32,000 nt of DNA from Nostoc sp. PCC 7120 = FACHB-418 (GTDB lineage: Bacteria > Cyanobacteriota > Cyanobacteriia > Cyanobacteriales > Nostocaceae). Position 1 is the first letter of the stretch. Each line of letters starts with the position of its first letter. Below the pieces are notes generated by a model. That model did not search any database and was not told the origin of the DNA. It saw nothing but the letters and a program-made list of their open reading frames with translations. Below are positions 26,334 to 32,000 of this stretch, one piece after another. A program made the translations under genes and the position numbers. The stretch lies in assembly GCF_000009705.1 (NCBI RefSeq), contig NC_003270.1, positions 1-32,000 on the forward strand, in the 5' to 3' direction.

Positions 26334-29264
26334 TTAAAGGCCACAATTTTCTATACGAGATAGAAATCGAGTTATGTCTGATAGTCTCCTAGCGGTGGGC
26401 GTAGTATGAAACAGATATGAAAACCCCCAAGGAAAAATTGGGTAAGAAGGAAGATGTCCTTCTGGTGCATCCATATTGTAAATTAACTCATTTTGATATA
26501 ACCATCGTGTTTTTTTACGCCAGCCAATATATTCGCCAAATTTTTCCCATATTTTCTGACTATAATTATTAGTTCCACCTAATCTTTTATAAATGTCCTT
26601 TTGAACTTTGAACCCAAAATGACCCTTACTAGCGTATATCCATAGGTCATTAATAATTCTAATATCCTCACAGGGAAAATACTTAATATATTTAGTGTCT
26701 AAAAATTTTTCTTCTAACTGCCCGCTTATTTGAAGTATTAATCTCGCTGTTTCTTCATCAGCTTTTTTCCATTCAAAATTTAAAAGATAATAAAATAGTT
26801 GAGTATATTTATCTGGCAATACAACATTTAATATATGAATCCCAGTTTCAGATAATGTTTCATCATCATTAAAATCATATTGTTTCTTTTCATATTCTGT
26901 TAATAATCTATAATAGTTGGCAAATTCTTTTATATTTAACTGGGCATTAATATTTTGTGTTTTACTCCATGTTGTCAGCCAAGCACAAAATCTATTTGCG
27001 ATTTGCCAACTTATTCCATTAACGGGTTTTTGGGAATCTCCAGGTAAGAATCTATTACCATGCCAATTTTCAGGATATAAAGCATTACCTGTTTCTTCAA
27101 TAAATAACTGATATTCAACGCAAGTAATATAACTATTATCAATTTGTTTTTTTTCATCAATACGAACTAGTCTACCTAATCGCCTCGCCAACTTTACTTG
27201 TGCTGCTAATTTTAAAATTTCTATATCAGATGATTCTAAACCATCATCCAAAGTTTTAATCAGTCTTTCTCTTATAATTGGAGCCACTTTTAAACTTTCC
27301 TCCTGACAATCTAGTGCAAGTTTTAAAGACATTAAATCTAAATTACTTAAAGCTGTAGAAATTATATTAGTTGCATCAGTTTGGGCAGCATAAAGTCTAA
27401 TAGTTTCGTGCCACCAATCATCTTTTAATTTATTAATTAATATATGTTCTTGTTTACTTTCTTTTATTTGAACTGCTGCTAAGTATTCTTGGAAACTTTT
27501 ATGAGCAAATTCATAAATATTTTTTTCTTTTTCTACAAGTAATCCACAGACATCCTCAACATTTTTTATAAAATCTTCTGGTGATAATTTATTACCAGCT
27601 ACTTGTGATAAAACATCTTGGATAACTGAACTACCTAACATTAAATCAAACTCACGAGTATTTTGATTCATTAAAAATAATGCTAAAACTTGAAGTACTA
27701 CTTTCTTCTGATCAGATGTTAGTAAATCAGCAATTCCTTTAGAATCTTGTCGCCTACCCAACATAACATCACAAATTTCAGCATACAATTCTACTCTTCT
27801 TCCTGGTAAAGCACCACGATAACAATGAACTGTAGCAATCATAGTTAATAACAGTGGATTTAAAGCCATTGCCGCTAAAGATGAATTATTTTTTATACGT
27901 TCAATTAGATCATCGGATTTTCGGTTAGCATTCTGTTGTATACCTTGATCTTTTTGCCCATGCCGACTCATAATTTCATTTTGAAGATACCAATTTTGGA
28001 TAAAAAATTGCACCTGCTTTGAGTTAAATGGATGTATTTCTAAAATTGCCTTAATGTTTTCCACAGGGGCGCTACGATAACCAAAAGGGCGAGAGGTTAG
28101 TAAAAAAATAGCATGAGGATATTCTTGAATTTGCTTGTTTACCCATCTACTAATTAATTGGCGTTGATGAAGCTCTACTTCATCTAATCCATCGAACATT
28201 ACTAAACATTTCTGAGTTTTATAATTTCTAGTTGTTAAATTTATATTTAATCTCAAATTATCTTCAAACCAACTTTTTAATGGCTGATTTTTTTTTACTA
28301 ATTCTTGTTGTTCAATTAAAGTTGGTAAATCAGGTTGCTCTTCAATAATTGAGTTTTGAATCTCCCGTAAATAAAGTATTATGGGAATTAATTCAGGCGC
28401 TTTAGCATTATGCTGAAAATATGTATTGTTAGCATAATTTAAAACCAAGTATTCCAACAAAGTTGTTTTACCATATCCTGGAGGAGCGATGATTGCTATA
28501 CTACGAAAAGCATGGAACTCCTGACTTGCTATTAACCAATCCCATATCTCTGTTGGATTAGATCCATATTTAAGATGAATCATACCGTTAGGTATTCTAT
28601 CAACACATTCTGGTGCAAGCCTGAGTGCTACAAATACCTTTTCTAGATCCAAAGTAAAAGGGCCTTTAGTTTTCAATCCTTGAGTCCGATAATCACGGCA
28701 ATTATAAATTAATTCATCATAATACCTTTTTTTAAATTTTCTTGATTCTTCCTCCCAAGAATATGGTGTTTTTATAGCATTTGCTTCTTGGAATGTATTT
28801 AATTGTTTATATCTTTCATGATTTTTCCATTTCAAAATAATATCTATTAGTAAAATTAATAAAGCAATTAGAAAATACAAATCTTGTGATAATAGCCATT
28901 TCCAAATAATATTTATTATCCATTTAAATAATTGGTTTAGCAAAGTCAAATCAATATTTGTATTTTTGAAACGTTCATGAATTGCTATCGCCAGAAATGC
29001 TGTTAAAAAAAAGAGCGGTAGTAAAGGTAATACTCGTTTAAATTCTTTTATGAAAAAACTTTCAGTGATTTCTGTTTCTTTATACGGATTAATAGAAATA
29101 TTTACATTATTTCCCGACGAAGTATTATTAGACTGATTTTGAAAATTTTTATTTCCTTTAATAGCCTGCATTCCATTATCTAAAGTAGAAGTATCAACTT
29201 GTTGTTGAATATCAATATCCTGTTTAGATGGTTGATTAGGTTCTGGATTTAGCGGCTGATTCAT
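26334..29264 (-). CDS. NACHT-type STAND NTPase with an N-terminal Q/N/G motif, TM helices, a partial FGE-sulfatase-like segment and a C-terminal GUN4 domain
   Basis: First ATG at 29264 (MNQPLNPEP..; the track TTG is at 29300). Motif 'STLDNGMQAIKGNKNFQNQ' at nt 29133-29189. Hydrophobic 'VLPLLPLFFLTAFLAIAI' and 'LYFLIALLILLIDIIL'. Walker A 'APPGYGKTT', Walker B 'LVMFDGLDEV', 'LLTSRP'. FGE-like 'VEYQLFIEETG..PVNGISWQIANRFCAWL' at ~26960-27130. GUN4-like 'WKKADEETARLILQISG..FPCEDIRIINDLWIYASKGHFGFKVQKDIY' at ~26500-26785. Confidence 0.85.
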   Translation of the reverse strand: MNQPLNPEPNQPSKQDIDIQQQVDTSTLDNGMQAIKGNKNFQNQSNNTSSGNNVNISINPYKETEITESFFIKEFKRVLPLLPLFFLTAFLAIAIHERFKNTNIDLTLLNQLFKWIINIIWKWLLSQDLYFLIALLILLIDIILKWKNHERYKQLNTFQEANAIKTPYSWEEESRKFKKRYYDELIYNCRDYRTQGLKTKGPFTLDLEKVFVALRLAPECVDRIPNGMIHLKYGSNPTEIWDWLIASQEFHAFRSIAIIAPPGYGKTTLLEYLVLNYANNTYFQHNAKAPELIPIILYLREIQNSIIEEQPDLPTLIEQQELVKKNQPLKSWFEDNLRLNINLTTRNYKTQKCLVMFDGLDEVELHQRQLISRWVNKQIQEYPHAIFLLTSRPFGYRSAPVENIKAILEIHPFNSKQVQFFIQNWYLQNEIMSRHGQKDQGIQQNANRKSDDLIERIKNNSSLAAMALNPLLLTMIATVHCYRGALPGRRVELYAEICDVMLGRRQDSKGIADLLTSDQKKVVLQVLALFLMNQNTREFDLMLGSSVIQDVLSQVAGNKLSPEDFIKNVEDVCGLLVEKEKNIYEFAHKSFQEYLAAVQIKESKQEHILINKLKDDWWHETIRLYAAQTDATNIISTALSNLDLMSLKLALDCQEESLKVAPIIRERLIKTLDDGLESSDIEILKLAAQVKLARRLGRLVRIDEKKQIDNSYITCVEYQLFIEETGNALYPENWHGNRFLPGDSQKPVNGISWQIANRFCAWLTTWSKTQNINAQLNIKEFANYYRLLTEYEKKQYDFNDDETLSETGIHILNVVLPDKYTQLFYYLLNFEWKKADEETARLILQISGQLEEKFLDTKYIKYFPCEDIRIINDLWIYASKGHFGFKVQKDIYKRLGGTNNYSQKIWEKFGEYIGWRKKTRWLYQNELIYNMDAPEGHLPSYPIFPWGFSYLFHTTPTARRLSDITRFLSRIENCGL

Positions 29265-29509
29265 AAAAAAATAATTATTAATAATTAATTTACTTTTCAA
29301 ATTCTTAGTTTTCTAAAGAATACCGTTGAAGAAATTAGACTTAGAAACCCTATGGCATAGTTAATTACAAGATTTAATTCAAAACTTTATATAAAATATA
29401 CCATAAAAAATACGTGTTATAAAGCTTTTAAGCGTTTGATTTCCTTGGAGCAAGCTAGTGTTTAGAGGTGAGTTACCTTCTTAGGGGTAAATATAGCGAA
29501 GACACTGTT

Positions 29510-29875
29510 GGCGTAAATAGAAGGTTCGTGCAACCAGGGGCAACCTTGTAAAATTTAGTAAAAATAACCCTTGATTTAGCCTCAATTGATAAGAAATACA
29601 AATAATAACATTGCCTAGTTCGTTCCATTTTAGGCAATGTTTTTCGAGAACGCTATGTAGTGTCAAGGTTTTTACAGTAATAATTTTGAATTCCCAACTT
29701 CTATTTTAGGCAAAGATTTTTCTGCAAAAATAGCGCTTCAAAGTATAAATTTTACTTATTTATTTTAGCGATCGCTTAAAACTTTATCAACAAGAAGTGT
29801 AATCTCTGTATCCCTTACACAGCAAAGGTTTTAGGTACAGGTTGCCCCTGGTTACACGAACCTTCTATTTACGCC
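29510..29875. mobile_element. MITE-like element bounded by 37-bp terminal inverted repeats
   Basis: The reverse complement of 29510-29546 ('ggcgtaaatagaaggttcgtgcaaccaggggcaacct') matches 29839-29875 with 1 mismatch. The ~290-bp A+T-rich interior has no long ORF and contains one HIP1 site. 'ctgttggcg' occurs at both edges (29505-29513 and 29875-29883). Confidence 0.65.
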
Positions 29876-29897
29876 TGTTGGCGAATTCCCCAAACAG

Positions 29898-30116
29898 CTA
29901 AACTGAACCGATTAGTTCAGAAATAAACCGATTGAGAGCTTTCTGAGCAGTTTTATACCCAGGTGCTTGCTTACCCAACTTCAGTTCAGACAAAATACGG
30001 TCACGTAAAATTTCTAAAGATGCAACAGACAATCCAGTTTCCTGGTTGGCGACGGTCTGCGGAGCGTTTTTGGCAATCGCGGTATCAGATGTTTGATGAA
30101 ACTCGCTCTCCCGCAT
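29898..30116 (-). CDS. Hypothetical small protein
   Basis: 72-aa ORF with an ATG start. No family recognised. Confidence 0.35.
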   Translation of the reverse strand: MRESEFHQTSDTAIAKNAPQTVANQETGLSVASLEILRDRILSELKLGKQAPGYKTAQKALNRFISELIGSV

Positions 30117-30560
30117 AATACTCGGTTGAAGTTGGCATTGAGCCGAGATGTGTGCAAATTCGGAAATAGAGTCTAAAAACTCTTGTTATATATAGCTTTC
30201 AGCTTTTTTGCTACCTCTAGTTTTAAACAAATACAGTCAGGCTGAATTTAGTACACAGTTACTAATAAATCCGGTTTCTGCTCTCTCAAATACCAACATT
30301 TAAAAGTTGGTATTTGGGAGGAGAGTCACATTGATTTTTTAGAGGTTTTGGGTATGACGAAAGAAACTATTCAATCATCGAAAGTTGGTAAAAGTCAAAA
30401 TCAATAGCGTAAATATGCCCACAACAGTCGCGATCGCTACTAGCTAAACTTCCTTAAACACTAGATATTTCCAGGGTTACAGCGATTATGTACCCTTGAT
30501 GCCAAATATTCCTTAACCCTTTGAAACTGTAATTTATACAAGTTTCCAAATCTCTCAAAC

Positions 30561-30803
30561 CTAGAATTGGTAAGGCTTTCCAGGCTCTATTTCCGAGTTT
30601 GCAGGGATCTCGGCTCTATGCCTCCAAGGGGACTCTGCTGGTTGTCCCCGTTGCGAAAACAACTCTACAAAAGCTTCATCTTCATAAATACTGCCCAATG
30701 TATCGCGTATCTGTAGGTAAATATTTCCCTTGGGAAAGGCAGCACGAGCCACCTGTACAGTTTCAACGGGTATGTCAGGTATATTTTGGGGATGTATCGA
30801 CAT
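30561..30803 (-). pseudogene. Truncated transposase N-terminus (IS1182/IS5-superfamily-like, DUF772-type)
   Basis: 'PVETVQVARAAFPKGNIYLQIRDTLGSIYEDEAFVELFSQRGQPAESPWR' resembles, from memory, the conserved N-terminus of IS1182-type transposases. The similarity ends after 'PWR' (~nt 30621) and the ORF stops 20 codons later. No DDE domain follows. Confidence 0.5.
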
Positions 30804-31317
30804 ATTGACTCATGCCCAACTGTAGGAACTTATTGTTGATCCTACTCCTTTTTGAGATGTCCTATTTGAATTCGCCAACAGTGTCCTCGCTACTTTTACC
30901 CCTCTTAATCCTTACTCTGTATGGTTTTCGGCTTTTTGATAGTCCTGGCTGTTTTTCATCGAAAGATACTTGCAATGCCTGGGGCAGTTATTGGGGTCAT
31001 GACGAAATAGGTATTGGTATTGAGTTAGGTCGAGGGGGAGATAACACTCCCCCTCGCCTCTACCTCCCGGCTGAACCCCTAACTCAACCTCAATTCGGTG
31101 ACAGTGTTTGTTTTTATAAACACTATGAGGGTTTTCTCTATGGAATTTAGCGGCAGTAAGCAAAAATTAAGCAGATTCTTGTGCCATAACTGCAAACTCC
31201 CACTGTTGTAGAAGCAAACGACATAGCCAATAAACCCAGTATTATTTACCCGACTGGAGTGTAGTTGCTGTAATCCAGCTTATACCAACTTTTTATTTTG
31301 GGTTAAAAACCTCTTCT

Positions 31318-32000
31318 TCACCTTTCCAAGCGAGGTTTTACTAATTTCCACACTAAATAATAGTCATCTCCATACACCAGATTTGGCTTTAACTTATACT
31401 TTGTCGCTATTTGCTGCCGCCAAGCATTCGTGGGATTGAGTAAGAAAATATCTGTAAAATCATTAGGGATATTAGGCACAGTTTGGTCTGATAATAACTG
31501 AAATCTCACCTTTGTTTCTGCAAGATAACTTAAAGAAAATACATTACTATAATTAATATCGGAGAAATTAGTAATTAGTAGTGGGCGAGATTTTTGATTA
31601 ATAAATCTCGCAATCTGAGGATTACCATAACTTACATCCTTATTCCACCAAGTGTCTGCTTGATAAAACACTATAGAAGATATTAAACCACAAACAATTA
31701 ATAATCTAGTTATTATCTGCCAGATTCGGCGCTGGGACAGATTGCTGTTATACACTTGTGTAGCTAGTAAATAAGCGACAATGGTTTGCATTCCTAAATA
31801 TGAGGGTAATAAATAAGGTTCAGAACCAGGATGAATACCGCCTGAATCTAAACCTTGCACGATTAAGGGTAAAGCAGGTACTACAATTAAAATGAGCAGA
31901 AATAACCAAACTTGATAGCTGGTTGTGCGATATAAGAAATAAATAGCGTAGACAACTAAGAATAAAAAAATAGGTGAGATAAAATAATTTATTTGATTAT
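31318..32000 (-). CDS. Integral membrane protein, partial (5' end beyond the window); possibly a GT-C-type (ArnT/PMT-like) glycosyltransferase
   Basis: The reading frame stays open from 31860 to the window edge and encodes hydrophobic segments (..FISPIFFILLVVYAIYFLY..LFLLILIVVPALPLIV..). A C-terminal soluble domain follows. The family call is tentative. Confidence 0.5.
   Translation of the reverse strand, partial: NQINYFISPIFLFLVVYAIYFLYRTTSYQVWLFLLILIVVPALPLIVQGLDSGGIHPGSEPYLLPSYLGMQTIVAYLLATQVYNSNLSQRRIWQIITRLLIVCGLISSIVFYQADTWWNKDVSYGNPQIARFINQKSRPLLITNFSDINYSNVFSLSYLAETKVRFQLLSDQTVPNIPNDFTDIFLLNPTNAWRQQIATKYKLKPNLVYGDDYYLVWKLVKPRLER

Noticed and set aside
26960-27130. FGE-sulfatase (formylglycine-generating enzyme) as an active enzyme
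   Set aside because: Only about the N-terminal third of the domain is visible before the GUN4 region begins. It is treated as a degenerate or ligand-binding remnant, not a catalytic FGE.
30812-31163. Overlapping ORFs of 112 aa (+) and 83 aa (-), and a nested palindrome (31022-31030/31078-31085 and 31031-31040/31047-31056)
   Set aside because: The ORFs overlap each other antisense and have low-complexity, non-protein-like sequence. The palindrome is real, but I cannot assign it. It may be part of the degraded IS end or a small cyanobacterial repeat.
1-32000. rRNA or tRNA genes, or a reverse-transcriptase, cas or restriction-modification system
   Set aside because: Reading both strands, I saw no cloverleaf-like or rRNA-like segments and no RT, Cas or methyltransferase motifs. 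This scan was by eye only, so small RNAs could be missed.

Overview
The window reads as part of a plasmid or plasmid-like element from a filamentous cyanobacterium. Support for that origin is 13 copies of the HIP1 palindrome GCGATCGC plus pentapeptide-repeat, GUN4 and NACHT proteins. Positions 1-14 kb are backbone. They hold a structured, origin-like non-coding region and a MobV relaxase fused to a Toprim-like domain. A zinc-ribbon/Toprim/SF3 primase-helicase follows on the minus strand, preceded by a small ribbon-helix-helix (RHH) gene. A parM plus parR-like pair then runs into a tightly coupled operon of small unknown proteins ending in a membrane-anchored P-loop ATPase, followed by a dense AGACACC iteron array. 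Positions 14-29.3 kb are an accessory island. It encodes an orphan LuxR-type response regulator, a pentapeptide-repeat membrane protein, three STAND/NACHT-type NTPases, two small unknown proteins and a tyrosine recombinase. The three NTPases carry, respectively, a C-terminal glycine-zipper TM domain, HEAT-like repeats plus a zinc ribbon, and FGE-like plus GUN4 domains. The main observation is that six of these proteins share one short Q/N/G-rich motif (x-Q-[AG]-x-x-G-[ND]-x-N-x-Q). It sits at the N-terminus in four proteins and in the C-terminal part (far C-terminal end or C-terminal quarter) in two. Two copies differ almost only by synonymous substitutions. I interpret this as a candidate NLR-type, amyloid-like or co-assembly signalling network, possibly a conflict or defence system; this is inference, not demonstrated. 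The right end (29.3-32 kb) holds a MITE-like element, a truncated transposase remnant and a partial membrane protein gene. I saw no rRNA, tRNA or CRISPR array.
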